Shown here: in pieces, positions 1-8,346 of the stretch
Position numbering within the stretch: position 1 is the stretch's first letter
Layout: every line of letters starts with the position of its first letter
From: an uncultured Gammaproteobacteria bacterium
GTDB taxonomy: Bacteria > Patescibacteriota > Patescibacteriia > JACQSD01
Reading direction: 5' to 3'
DNA length: 35,221 bases
Assembly (NCBI GenBank): GCA_964358625.1
Contig: CAYHPG010000001.1
Span: 1 to 35,221 of the forward strand
Position numbers and translations under genes: made by a program
Notes under the pieces: generated by a model
The model's input: the letters and a program-made list of their open reading frames with translations, nothing else
Database searches by the model: none
What the model was told of the DNA's origin: nothing

Positions 1-254
1 AAAGGAATCTTTCCCTCAACGGCAAGCCCAACCGCCACCCCCGCCATATTTTGTTCTGCGACACCCACTTGGATAAATCGCTCGGGGAATTTTTTCGCAA
101 ACGCCAAACTGCGAGTAGACTCTGTAAGATCCGCACACAACACCACCACATTCGGATCCTTTTCTCCTGCCAACACTAATCCATCACCGTACCCGTTTCG
201 GGTCGGAATTTGTTCAACGTCTTTTTTGTAAAGATTTGTGTTCAGATAGTTCAT
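1..254 (-). CDS. transketolase, C-terminal (pyrimidine-binding) subunit; only the 5' part is present because the gene runs off the window start
   Basis: It is truncated, so it is absent from the ORF track. The reverse complement starts with ATG at 254-252 and reads MNYLNTNLYKKDVEQIPTRNGYGDGLVLAGEKDPNVVVLCADLTESTRSLAFAKKFPERFIQVGVAEQNMAGVAVGLAVEGKIP. This is a typical N-terminus of the second subunit of a split transketolase (GVAEQNM motif). It lies directly downstream of the N-terminal subunit gene. Confidence 0.8.
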   Translation of the reverse strand, partial: MNYLNTNLYKKDVEQIPTRNGYGDGLVLAGEKDPNVVVLCADLTESTRSLAFAKKFPERFIQVGVAEQNMAGVAVGLAVEGKIP

Positions 255-259
255 TGTAA

Positions 260-277
260 TTCTCGACTACGCTCGAA
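260..277. repeat. solo half-copy of the intergenic palindromic repeat family (TTCTCGACTACGCTCGAA)
   Basis: This 18-mer is identical to 7429-7446. No matching left arm is present here. Confidence 0.6.
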
Positions 278-299
278 TAATAATGGAGCTCCAAAAAAA

Positions 300-1142
300 T
301 TATTCATGTTCGCTCTTAATTTTACCTTTCAATGTTCGCAATTCGTGCAACGCAAGTTTCGCCTCGTCTTTGTTCGGCGGTTTGCCATGCCACTCGTACT
401 GAAACTCCATAAAATCAACACCCTTGCCCGGAATCGTGTGTGCGATGATCATTACGGGCTTCTCAACGATCGCTTTTGCGCTGTTGCACGCGTCGATGAT
501 TGCCTCGACGTTATGTCCGTCAATCTCAAGCACATGCCAATTGAATGCTTCATACTTTGCCTTCAATGATTCGAGCGGCATAATGTCTTCTGTCATGCCG
601 TCAATCTGTATATTATTACGATCCATCATACACGTAAGATTGTCGAGATGTAATTTCCCTGCAAGCATGATTGCCTCCCATGTCTGCCCCTCATCATGTT
701 CGCCGTCACTCATAAGACAATATACGACGTGTTTTTTCTTGTCCATCTTTGCGGCAATTGCCATGCCAATTGCTTGTGAAAGCCCCTGCCCCAAAGGACC
801 GCTTGTATTTTCAATACCCGGCAAACTCCCACGATGCGGATGCCCTTGGAGACGCGTACCGAGTTTTCGCAATGTACCCAATTCTTTTTTTGGAAAATAA
901 TCCGCGTGTGCGAGGGTTGCATACAGTACCGGACAAATATGACCATTCGAAAGAATAACGCGGTCACGATCCTCCCATAATGGTTTTTTTGGATTGTGCT
1001 GCAAAACAGAGAAATATAGCGCGGTAAAAATATCCGCCATACCTAAAGGGCCGGCAGAATGTCCAGAGGAAGCCTTCAAAAGCATTTTCACGATGTCTTG
1101 ACGGATTTCGTTTGCTTTCCGTTTAAGTTGCTTTATGGTCAT
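300..1142 (-). CDS. transketolase, N-terminal (TPP-binding) subunit
   Basis: The 280-aa ORF carries transketolase N-terminal signatures (SGHSAGPLGMADI, GHPHR, GPLGQGLS, DGEHDEG). Its start makes a 4-nt overlap with the stop of rpe. Confidence 0.9.
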   Translation of the reverse strand: MTIKQLKRKANEIRQDIVKMLLKASSGHSAGPLGMADIFTALYFSVLQHNPKKPLWEDRDRVILSNGHICPVLYATLAHADYFPKKELGTLRKLGTRLQGHPHRGSLPGIENTSGPLGQGLSQAIGMAIAAKMDKKKHVVYCLMSDGEHDEGQTWEAIMLAGKLHLDNLTCMMDRNNIQIDGMTEDIMPLESLKAKYEAFNWHVLEIDGHNVEAIIDACNSAKAIVEKPVMIIAHTIPGKGVDFMEFQYEWHGKPPNKDEAKLALHELRTLKGKIKSEHE

Positions 1143-1777
1143 ACACGAAGCGAGTGGGCCGCATACGCGGCATCATCGCTACGAAAAAGATACGATCCGC
1201 TTACCACAATGGTTGCGCCTGCATTACGCGCGAGGCGAGCGGTTTCGGCGTTAATCCCACCGTCCACCATGATCGGCAACTTAAGCGCATATCGCCGTAG
1301 TACACGAATTTTTTTAAGTACACGTGATGCAAACTTTTCTCCGCTCGTTCCCGGTTTTTCCTGTGTCATACATAAAACCCCATCAAGAAAAGGAATGAGC
1401 GGAATAATAGCACGTGCGGGCGTCGTGGCATTTACTGCAAGATAAAGAACGACTTTGGGAAAACGTTTTTTAATACTTCGCAGCGAATGTGCTGGCATCT
1501 TCAGCGTTTCAAAATGGATATCTATTTCCTGTGCACCTGCGCGAACATACGCTCCCACATAGCGCTCCGGATAGCGCACCATAAGGTGCACGTCTTTCCA
1601 TTTGCGCGTCTTTATTGTTCGTGCAAACTGTGGCGTAAATCTCGTCTTATGAGAAACGAAGAGTCCATCAGCAACGTCAATGTGCACACCATCAACATAC
1701 CGCTCTACACGCTTCCATTCCTTCACCGCGTCACGATCGTGCACCGAAAGAAGTGATGCGTAGATATGCATCTTCAT
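1139..1777 (-). CDS. rpe: ribulose-phosphate 3-epimerase
   Basis: The 212-aa ORF has HIDVADGLFV, a MVDGGI motif and the overall Rpe layout. It overlaps both neighbours by 4 nt. Confidence 0.85.
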   Translation of the reverse strand: MKMHIYASLLSVHDRDAVKEWKRVERYVDGVHIDVADGLFVSHKTRFTPQFARTIKTRKWKDVHLMVRYPERYVGAYVRAGAQEIDIHFETLKMPAHSLRSIKKRFPKVVLYLAVNATTPARAIIPLIPFLDGVLCMTQEKPGTSGEKFASRVLKKIRVLRRYALKLPIMVDGGINAETARLARNAGATIVVSGSYLFRSDDAAYAAHSLRV

Positions 1778-2223
1778 TTCATGTGTTCCCGTTCAATGTC
1801 TGCAATCTTTGCAATGCGGCGCTGGTGCCGAGGTTCGCGGGAGAATGGTGTACTAAGCCACATCCGTACGATTTCTTTTGCCGCATCAATTTTGAGGGCA
1901 TCTGCAGGAAGGCACAGTACATTGACGTCATCGTCTTCCCGCATGGTCTTTGCCGCATAGGTAGAATACCCAATACCTGCGCGCACACCGCGAAATTTAT
2001 TCGCAACAACACATACGCCAATCGCATTGCGACAAAGAAGAATCCCGCGTCCATCTTTTTGGAGCAGCGTCTCTGCGAGTTTCGAAGCATAATCAGGGTA
2101 ATCGTCATTGAAATCAAGTGTCGTGGGCCCAAGATCTTCGCACGATTCACCAAGCTCCGCAAGATATTTCTTGAGCACTTCTTTTAATTCGTATCCTCCA
2201 TGATCCGATGCGATGTAAATCAT
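1774..2223 (-). CDS. rpiB: ribose-5-phosphate isomerase B
   Basis: The 149-aa ORF begins MIYIASDHGGYELK and contains a CRNAIGVCVVANK core typical of RpiB/LacAB. Confidence 0.9.
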   Translation of the reverse strand: MIYIASDHGGYELKEVLKKYLAELGESCEDLGPTTLDFNDDYPDYASKLAETLLQKDGRGILLCRNAIGVCVVANKFRGVRAGIGYSTYAAKTMREDDDVNVLCLPADALKIDAAKEIVRMWLSTPFSREPRHQRRIAKIADIEREHMK

Positions 2224-2313
2224 AAAATAATTGCAAATTGTTGATTGTAGATTTTAGATTGAATCTCCCAAAAAAATAAATCATCAATCAAAAATCTGAA
2301 ATCACAAATCTTT

Positions 2314-2925
2314 CTATCCGGCACCCTTTTTTCGAATAACCCGCATTGACGGAAGTACAACCTTCTCCTTCTTAATAAGTTCAATCACTTTTTCAACCAA
2401 TCGTTTCGGATTCGTATCATACACAATTTTCCCCGAACCTCTGTGACTTTTCGCTACAATATCGCGAATCATATCGGCGGCTCCTCCTGTTCCTTCCAAA
2501 ACACCAATAACTTTTTTATCTTCAAACGCAATCGTAAATTCGTTTAAGGTGCCGATGCGTCCGCAAATATTAATGACCGCATCAGACGAACGGATGAGGA
2601 GAAGGTTTCTTCCGGAATACTCAAACCCCGTGTACATGATGAGGTCGAAATAATCCGTCGGAAGTTTATAGGATTTTACATGCGCAATCTCGCTTGCCGC
2701 CGGAGAAATACCAAGCGATATCCCACCTTCTTCTTTTGCGCCAATCGCCGCCCAATACGGAATGCCGGTCGTAGCACCCGTCACAATAATGCCGTTTTGC
2801 CGAACAATTTCTCTCCCGACTTCTTTCGCAAGCTCCAATGTATCCTCGCTGCAAAGCTCGGTCTCCGCTGCTCCGGACACACAGATTTTATATTTAAGGT
2901 AAGAATTGCTAAGTTCTTGTGGCAT
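2314..2925 (-). CDS. LOG / TIGR00725-family Rossmann-fold protein
   Basis: Its features are KICVSGAAE, IVTGATTGIPYWAA and a GRIGTLNEF (GGxGTxxE-like) motif. The track ORF extends to 2985 but starts with TTG there; the first ATG is at 2925-2923. Confidence 0.65.
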   Translation of the reverse strand: MPQELSNSYLKYKICVSGAAETELCSEDTLELAKEVGREIVRQNGIIVTGATTGIPYWAAIGAKEEGGISLGISPAASEIAHVKSYKLPTDYFDLIMYTGFEYSGRNLLLIRSSDAVINICGRIGTLNEFTIAFEDKKVIGVLEGTGGAADMIRDIVAKSHRGSGKIVYDTNPKRLVEKVIELIKKEKVVLPSMRVIRKKGAG

Positions 2926-2974
2926 AATGTTAGTTATACTTTCAGCCAAATGCTGATCCGCCTTAGGCAGAAAT

Positions 2975-4324
2975 TTATAATTCAAATGAGTCCCCCAGCC
3001 CCGGCACGGTCACGTTCACTCCTAGTGTATCACGAATTTTAAATTTAAGCGCGTTTGCGGCCTCTTCTTCTCCTTGCACCAAAAACACTTTTTCAGGAAG
3101 CGGACGCATAGCAGCAACCAGTCCAAATAATCCATCTTGATCTGCGTGAGCAGAATAGCCGCCGATGTTTTGAATTTTCGCACGAACATGAATGGGTTCC
3201 CCGTGGATTGTCACTGTTTTTTCTCCTTCTAAAAGTCGTCTTCCCATACTCCCCTTTACTTGATACCCAATAATCAAAAGTGTGGAATGTGGATCCGAAA
3301 GATAGCGTTTTTCGTGATGGAGAATGCGCCCCGCGGTTCCATCTCCACTTCCCGCGATAATCATTTTTGGTGGTTTTATCGCATTGATCGCTTTTGATTC
3401 CTCACTTGTTAATGTAAAATGTAAACCCGGAAATTTAAAAATTTCGTCGCCACTTCGGATAATATACTGCGCAGATTGGTTAAAGTAGTTCTCATATTTT
3501 TTATAGAGTGCGGTCGCGTGGATCGCCATCGGACTGTCAATGTAAATAGGAATTTGCGGAACGCGATGATGCTCGACAAGATCATTCAATTCAAAAAGGA
3601 TTTCTTGTGTGCGCTCAAGGGCAAATGCGGGGACCATGAGTACGCCACCTCGTGCTATGGTATCTTCAATCGCACGCTCAAGATGAATTTTTCTCGTATC
3701 ACGATCTTCATGTAAGCGATTCCCATACGCAGACTCCATCACAAGATAATTCGTTGTCACAATTTTCGTCGGCGGCGGAAGTAACGGCGTTGGCGCATTC
3801 CCCACATCGCCCGTGAAAACAAGTCGCTTGCCTTCTGTTTCAATCACGACAAAAGATGATCCGAGAATATGCCCCGCATCTTCAAGCGTTATCGTAAAAT
3901 TGTTATTGAGTATATACGGCGTTTTATAGGTAAGCCCTTCGAAAAGCCGCTCTGTTGCGAGCACGTCATTTGCGCTATAAAGCGGTTTTGTGCCGTAACG
4001 CTCCGCCTCCTCTTCCATCAACTTTAAAGAGTCGTGCAGATTTAAAAGTGTAAGGTCGAGTGTCGGCGGCGTCGCAATAATTTTGCCATGAAACCCATCA
4101 TGCACAAGTTTCGGCAATCGCCCCACATGATCCGCGTGTGCATGTGTCAAAAAAACAGCAGCAATCTCTTTCGGATCATACACCCACGGCGCATAATTTT
4201 TTTCTCGACAAAAACGATCACCTTGCGCCAAACCACAATCGACCAAAATTTTTGTTGCACCACTTTCAATCAAGTGATTCGCGCCCGTAACACTTTTTGC
4301 CGCACCGTGAAAAGATATTTTCAT
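2975..4324 (-). CDS. MBL-fold beta-CASP family metallo-hydrolase (RNA-processing nuclease-like)
   Basis: The 449-aa ORF has THAHADHVGRLP (HxHxDH), later GDVG and ESAYG motifs, and a C-terminal YSAHADQ typical of beta-CASP / CPSF-like nucleases. Confidence 0.85.
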   Translation of the reverse strand: MKISFHGAAKSVTGANHLIESGATKILVDCGLAQGDRFCREKNYAPWVYDPKEIAAVFLTHAHADHVGRLPKLVHDGFHGKIIATPPTLDLTLLNLHDSLKLMEEEAERYGTKPLYSANDVLATERLFEGLTYKTPYILNNNFTITLEDAGHILGSSFVVIETEGKRLVFTGDVGNAPTPLLPPPTKIVTTNYLVMESAYGNRLHEDRDTRKIHLERAIEDTIARGGVLMVPAFALERTQEILFELNDLVEHHRVPQIPIYIDSPMAIHATALYKKYENYFNQSAQYIIRSGDEIFKFPGLHFTLTSEESKAINAIKPPKMIIAGSGDGTAGRILHHEKRYLSDPHSTLLIIGYQVKGSMGRRLLEGEKTVTIHGEPIHVRAKIQNIGGYSAHADQDGLFGLVAAMRPLPEKVFLVQGEEEAANALKFKIRDTLGVNVTVPGLGDSFEL

Positions 4325-5328
4325 GTGTTTTTACTGTCTTCACTGGCTTTACTTACCTCGCGTGATGGCGCCACCACCGGTACTGCATGGAGCTCACAAA
4401 CATTTGCTGCGTGCGCACCTACATCCTGATATGCGCTCGTTGCAGCAAGAGCGCCTTCCGCTGCTGCAGTAACGATTTGTTTAAATCCACCAGCCGCATC
4501 CGTCATATCCCCCGCCGCAAAGACGCCATCAACACTTGTTTTCATCATGCGATCGACAATCACCTCTCCTTTAGCATTCGTCGCAACGCCAAGTTCCTCT
4601 GGAATTGTCCCGCGTGGCACTGCGCCAATTGCGACAAACAAACCATCAAGCGCGAGCATATCTGAACCTGCAACTTTTTTTGAAAGACGCACCTGTTGTA
4701 ACTTTCTTTCACCAACGAGCTCTTGCACCTCCGTTTCAAAAAGCATCGTAATATTTTTTTTCTTTTTTACTATACTGCGATTGATTGGCTCCGCTCGATC
4801 GATATTTTTTTCACGTGCAATAAGGTACACATGCGCGGCAATATCAGAAAGTTGATTCACCCACTTTACTGCGCTGTCCCCTCCTCCAACAACACCAACA
4901 ATTTTATTCTTATACACTGGCCCATCGCAGGTTGCGCAATAATGGATACCCTTGCCTTTTAATGTACCCTCGTTTGGCAACCCTATTTTTCTGCGTTCCA
5001 TGCCAACCGCAAGAATAATCGTTTTGCCCTCAAAAAGTTCTTTTCCTACGCGTACTTGGAAACAATGATGGATATTTTTGGTAAGCTCTGCTTTTCCGCC
5101 AACCATGGTAACACCGAGCGCTTTTGCTTGTTCTTCCATGTTCTGCATGAGTTCGAACCCATCAATTTTTTTAAAACCCGGATAATTTTCAATGGGCCCA
5201 GCGGTACTTGTTTCGCCGCCAAACTCTTCATGAATGAGCATTGTGGCCATCTGATAGCGTGCAGAATAAATAGCAGCAGAAAACGCCGCCGCCCCCCCGC
5301 CTAAAATAATCGTATCGTAGTAATTCAT
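4321..5328 (-). CDS. thioredoxin-reductase-like flavoprotein (divergent paralog lacking the HRRxxxR NADPH motif)
   Basis: The 335-aa ORF has GGGAAAFSAAIY (FAD), a CATCDG redox motif and GGGDSAVKW. Where TrxB has VHRRDxxR it has IAREKNIDR. It also carries about 35 extra C-terminal residues. Confidence 0.8.
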   Translation of the reverse strand: MNYYDTIILGGGAAAFSAAIYSARYQMATMLIHEEFGGETSTAGPIENYPGFKKIDGFELMQNMEEQAKALGVTMVGGKAELTKNIHHCFQVRVGKELFEGKTIILAVGMERRKIGLPNEGTLKGKGIHYCATCDGPVYKNKIVGVVGGGDSAVKWVNQLSDIAAHVYLIAREKNIDRAEPINRSIVKKKKNITMLFETEVQELVGERKLQQVRLSKKVAGSDMLALDGLFVAIGAVPRGTIPEELGVATNAKGEVIVDRMMKTSVDGVFAAGDMTDAAGGFKQIVTAAAEGALAATSAYQDVGAHAANVCELHAVPVVAPSREVSKASEDSKNT

Positions 5329-6248
5329 AGATGTTCTTCAAGCCATTTCTCTGCATCAATCGCAGCTTGGCACCCCATCCCTGCTGCAGTCACGGCTTGG
5401 CGGTAGCGGTGATCGTTCACATCACCTGAAACAAAAACACCGGGAACATTTGTCGCAGAATGTTCTTTCGGGACGATGTATCCTTTCGCGTCAAGCTCGA
5501 TTTGCCCGGCAAAAATTTCCGTATTCGGTTTGTGTCCGATCGCAACAAATACGCCGTCGGTTTTATATGCGGTCACGACGTTCGTCTTCACGTTTTTTAA
5601 TTGCACGCCAGTGACGTTCGTGTCGCCCAAAATCTCTTCCACGGCGCTATCTAAAATAAATGCGATTTTCGGATTTTTCTTTGCGCGATCCTGCATAATT
5701 TTTGATCCCCGCAGAGCGTCGCGCCGATGCACGATGGTCACCTTCGTACAAAACTTCGTTAAAAAATTCGCCTCTTCAAGCGCACTGTCCCCTCCTCCAA
5801 CAACCACCACTTCTTTATTGCGAAAAAATGCGCCATCGCACGTGGCGCAGGACGATACGCCCTTGCCGCGAAGTCGCGTTTCCGAATCGAGCCCAAGCCA
5901 AATGGATGAAACGCCAGTTGCAATGATGATTGCTTTTCCAGTGTACTGTTTCTCGCCAACAAAGACGTGATGTGACGACCCTGAAAAATCCACGCGCGTG
6001 ACATTGTCATCAATAATTGTCGTCCCGAAACACGAAGCTTGATCACGCATGAGCTGCATAAGTTCCGGTCCCATAATCCCCTTCGGGAACCCGGGATAAT
6101 TCTCTACCTCTGACGTCAACATCAACTGCCCGCCCCACGTTCGACCAGCAAAAAGCAAGGGCTTCAAATTTGCCCGCGCAGCATAAAGAGCGGCGGTCAA
6201 TCCCGCCGGCCCGGAGCCAATAATAATGACGTTGTAGATGTCGGACAT
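5325..6248 (-). CDS. trxB: thioredoxin-disulfide reductase
   Basis: The 307-aa ORF has GSGPAGLTAALYAAR, CATCDGAFF, GGGDSALEEA and IVHRRDALRG, which is the canonical low-Mr TrxR pattern. Confidence 0.9.
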   Translation of the reverse strand: MSDIYNVIIIGSGPAGLTAALYAARANLKPLLFAGRTWGGQLMLTSEVENYPGFPKGIMGPELMQLMRDQASCFGTTIIDDNVTRVDFSGSSHHVFVGEKQYTGKAIIIATGVSSIWLGLDSETRLRGKGVSSCATCDGAFFRNKEVVVVGGGDSALEEANFLTKFCTKVTIVHRRDALRGSKIMQDRAKKNPKIAFILDSAVEEILGDTNVTGVQLKNVKTNVVTAYKTDGVFVAIGHKPNTEIFAGQIELDAKGYIVPKEHSATNVPGVFVSGDVNDHRYRQAVTAAGMGCQAAIDAEKWLEEHL

Positions 6249-6311
6249 ACTTCTAATAACTCAAGCTGAAAAGAAAGAATAGGTTATAGAGTTAGAAATT
6301 ATGATTGATGA

Positions 6312-6566
6312 TTAGATAGTTATACCGACGGCTGTTGCGAGTTTAGCGCGATCAAATCCGATAATGATTTCTTCTTTTCCGTTTTCATCGGTAACGGCAA
6401 TGACCGGCACACCCATCTGTCCGGATTTATTAATCATCTCTTGGGCTTTTTTTTCGTCTGCCGCAACATCAACGTCGGTATACGCAATTCCCTTCTCTGT
6501 TAAAAATTGCTTTGCCATCTTACAAAAAGGGCACGTCGGCGTTGAATAAATGGTGACTGATTTCAT
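6312..6566 (-). CDS. glutaredoxin-like / NrdH-like small redoxin
   Basis: The protein begins MKSVTIYSTPTCPFCKMAKQFL, with a CPFC active site and a GVPVI motif. The track ORF starts at a TTG at 6578. The ATG at 6566 sits just after the upstream stop codon (6568-6570). Confidence 0.8.
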   Translation of the reverse strand: MKSVTIYSTPTCPFCKMAKQFLTEKGIAYTDVDVAADEKKAQEMINKSGQMGVPVIAVTDENGKEEIIIGFDRAKLATAVGITI

Positions 6567-6567
6567 A

Positions 6568-7341
6568 TTATTGAACAACCTGATTCAATATCTGTTTCAA
6601 TTCTGATGCAGGCACGGCGCCAGATACCGGAATCTTCTGATCCCCAGCGACAATCACGGAATATGGCGTGCCACGACCTCCTGCCGAAACGGCATCATTT
6701 TCATCTTCTTGAACTTTACTTACATATTTTCCTGAATTTAAACACGTCTCAAATTTTTGCTTATTAAGACCAATCGATGTTGCAATCTTTGGAAGCTCTG
6801 CCGGATCCAATCCATCATTCGATGGTGTAATTGCATAAATACGATCCACGTACTTCCAGAACGCATCGTCCCCTCCTTGCTCATACGCACACTCTGTTGC
6901 CTCTGCTTCTTTCGCTGCCTTGGAGTGTAATTGTCGCAATGGAAAATGACGATACACCCAACGCACTTTCCCTTTATACGTATCAAGCATCTCTTGTACG
7001 GTTGGATGAAAACGTTTGCAGAAGGGACATTCAGTATCAGACCACTCAATAATTGTCACTGCGGCATTTTTATCACCGCGAATATGCTCTTTTTCATTAT
7101 CAACAGGACGGAACGATCCGACTTGCTCTTGCGGCTCTTCCACGGACAAAGGATTTGGCGCTTGTGCGAGTGTCGGAGGAGTAACATTCGAAGCAACTTC
7201 CTTTCCTTCTTTAAAATTCCCAGCAAGCAAGATAATAAATCCAATAAAACTTACAACTGCAAGCCCCGCGACAAGACCGAAAACAAATGTAAGCTTCGGT
7301 GACGCGCTACTAAAAAATCCTCCGTTTTGTGATTCTGACAT
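6568..7341 (-). CDS. membrane-anchored DsbA-family thiol:disulfide oxidoreductase
   Basis: The 257-aa ORF has an N-terminal TM helix (LTFVFGLVAGLAVVSFIGFIILLAG) and a thioredoxin-fold CPFC site (WSDTECPFCKRFHP). Confidence 0.8.
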   Translation of the reverse strand: MSESQNGGFFSSASPKLTFVFGLVAGLAVVSFIGFIILLAGNFKEGKEVASNVTPPTLAQAPNPLSVEEPQEQVGSFRPVDNEKEHIRGDKNAAVTIIEWSDTECPFCKRFHPTVQEMLDTYKGKVRWVYRHFPLRQLHSKAAKEAEATECAYEQGGDDAFWKYVDRIYAITPSNDGLDPAELPKIATSIGLNKQKFETCLNSGKYVSKVQEDENDAVSAGGRGTPYSVIVAGDQKIPVSGAVPASELKQILNQVVQ

Positions 7342-7371
7342 AATTTGAACCTGTAGAAAAAGTCATTTATT

Positions 7372-7447
7372 CTTCGAGCGGAGTCCGCCAGCTAGCGGAC
7401 GAAGTCGAGAAGTAAGCCACATTGTAGCTTCTCGACTACGCTCGAAG
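7372..7447. repeat. full copy of the intergenic palindromic repeat (nested-hairpin element)
   Basis: The outer stem is CTTCGAGCG (7372-7380) / CGCTCGAAG (7439-7447). Inner hairpin A is GTCCGC / GCGGAC (7383-7400). Inner hairpin B is GTCGAGAAG (7404-7412) / CTTCTCGAC (7428-7436). Related copies lie at 260-277 and 34118-34166. Confidence 0.7.
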
Positions 7448-7479
7448 ACTAAAATTTGTCTTTTTTCTACGCTCTCAAT

Positions 7480-8055
7480 TTACAAGCCAAGCGTTAAATT
7501 GATTTTTTGTTTGGCGAGTGGAAGTGAATAATCAACAGGAATCACGCGCGGAGCGCCGAACGTTTGCGCATACACAATGTGTCCCTTCGTACGACCATAG
7601 TGATATAAATCGCGGGTAATGCGCACATCGTCCAGACAATATTTTTTCAATTTTTCAATCTCTCCGGTTTGCCAATAACGCACGGCATCAAGCCCATGGC
7701 CGCTTTTACGGGTTTTAAGGGTCCCAAACGCAAGATCATCAAGCTTCGGACGATACCCCAATGCATCTGCTGCTGCTTCCATCATATCTAAAAGTGGAAA
7801 GGTTGTACAATCGCCGGAGTAATAATTATTGAGCACCGGCATATCGAACAAGCGATGATTGTAGCCAATGATACGATCTGCGTGTTCAAGAACAGACCAG
7901 AGTGTCGGTAATTCTTCTTCGGTGTAAATACGAAATTGATCATCACGATACGTATACACGCCCACTACGGAAATTTTTAACTGATCCGTATCACGACTTC
8001 CAATATCTTGAAACGTATTTTGTGTTTCGATGTCGAGGACAACTTCATTGGACAT
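7480..8055 (-). CDS. DEDD-type 3'-5' exonuclease (RNase H-like fold)
   Basis: The protein reads MSNEVVLDIETQN (Exo I), YNHRLFDMPVL (Exo II) and KKYCLDDVRIT (Exo III). The longer track ORF (to 8112) would run through the tRNA gene, so the ATG at 8055 is used. Confidence 0.7.
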   Translation of the reverse strand: MSNEVVLDIETQNTFQDIGSRDTDQLKISVVGVYTYRDDQFRIYTEEELPTLWSVLEHADRIIGYNHRLFDMPVLNNYYSGDCTTFPLLDMMEAAADALGYRPKLDDLAFGTLKTRKSGHGLDAVRYWQTGEIEKLKKYCLDDVRITRDLYHYGRTKGHIVYAQTFGAPRVIPVDYSLPLAKQKINLTLGL

Positions 8056-8067
8056 AGGTTTATTTTT

Positions 8068-8139
8068 TAGCCCCACGGAGAATCGAACTCCGATTTGGTG
8101 GATGAGAACCACCTGTCCTAGCCATTAGACGATGAGGCC
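8068..8139 (-). tRNA. tRNA-Glu (anticodon CUC)
   Basis: The reverse complement is GGCCTCATCGTCTAATGGCTAGGACAGGTGGTTCTCATCCACCAAATCGGAGTTCGATTCTCCGTGGGGCTA. It folds as a 72-nt cloverleaf with a 7-bp acceptor stem (two G-U pairs), a Glu-like D arm, anticodon loop TTCTCAT and T arm CGGAG/TTCGATT/CTCCG. No CCA is encoded. Confidence 0.85.
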
Positions 8140-8142
8140 GTG

Positions 8143-8148
8143 ATTATA
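8143..8148 (-). promoter_or_regulatory. possible -10 box (TATAAT) for tRNA-Glu
   Basis: The minus strand reads ...cttttTATAATcacGGCCTC, so a perfect TATAAT ends 3 nt before tRNA position 1. No good -35 element was found. Confidence 0.3.
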
Positions 8149-8158
8149 AAAGAATAAC

Positions 8159-8188
8159 AAAAAAAATCTTTCTTCACAAGAGGAAAGA
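8159..8188 (-). terminator. rho-independent terminator-like hairpin
   Basis: The minus strand reads TCTTTCCTC-TTGT-GAAGAAAGA (8 of 9 pairs) followed by TTTTTTTT. Confidence 0.6.
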
Positions 8189-8295
8189 CTAGCAGAAAAT
8201 CGCATAATGCGACGGCGTGGAGCGAGCACCGAGCGAGGCGTAGTAATACTACGATGAGCGAGGAGCGGAGCGAACGCCAAGCGCGAAGCGTCACC

Positions 8296-8322
8296 AAACG
8301 AAAAGTCCGCCTTTGGCGGACT
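8296..8322 (-). terminator. terminator-like hairpin downstream of rplU
   Basis: The stem is AGTCCGCC / GGCGGACT (8304-8322). T-rich tracts follow on both strands, so it may act bidirectionally. Confidence 0.55.
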
Positions 8323-8346
8323 TTGTTTGTGTGACAGTATGCGATT

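Noticed and set aside
2224-2313. AT-rich imperfect palindromes in the intergenic gaps at 2224-2313 and 21044-21155 (GATTGTAGATTTTAGATT... and AAAAATCAAAAT...ATTTTGATTTTT types).
   Set aside because: They are low-complexity AT-rich sequences whose self-complementarity is imperfect. They are most simply promoter or terminator spacers and I saw nothing specific in them.
8056-8112. An N-terminal extension of the exonuclease ORF.
   Set aside because: It runs through the tRNA-Glu gene. The internal ATG at 8055 gives the conserved DIET Exo I motif near the N-terminus.
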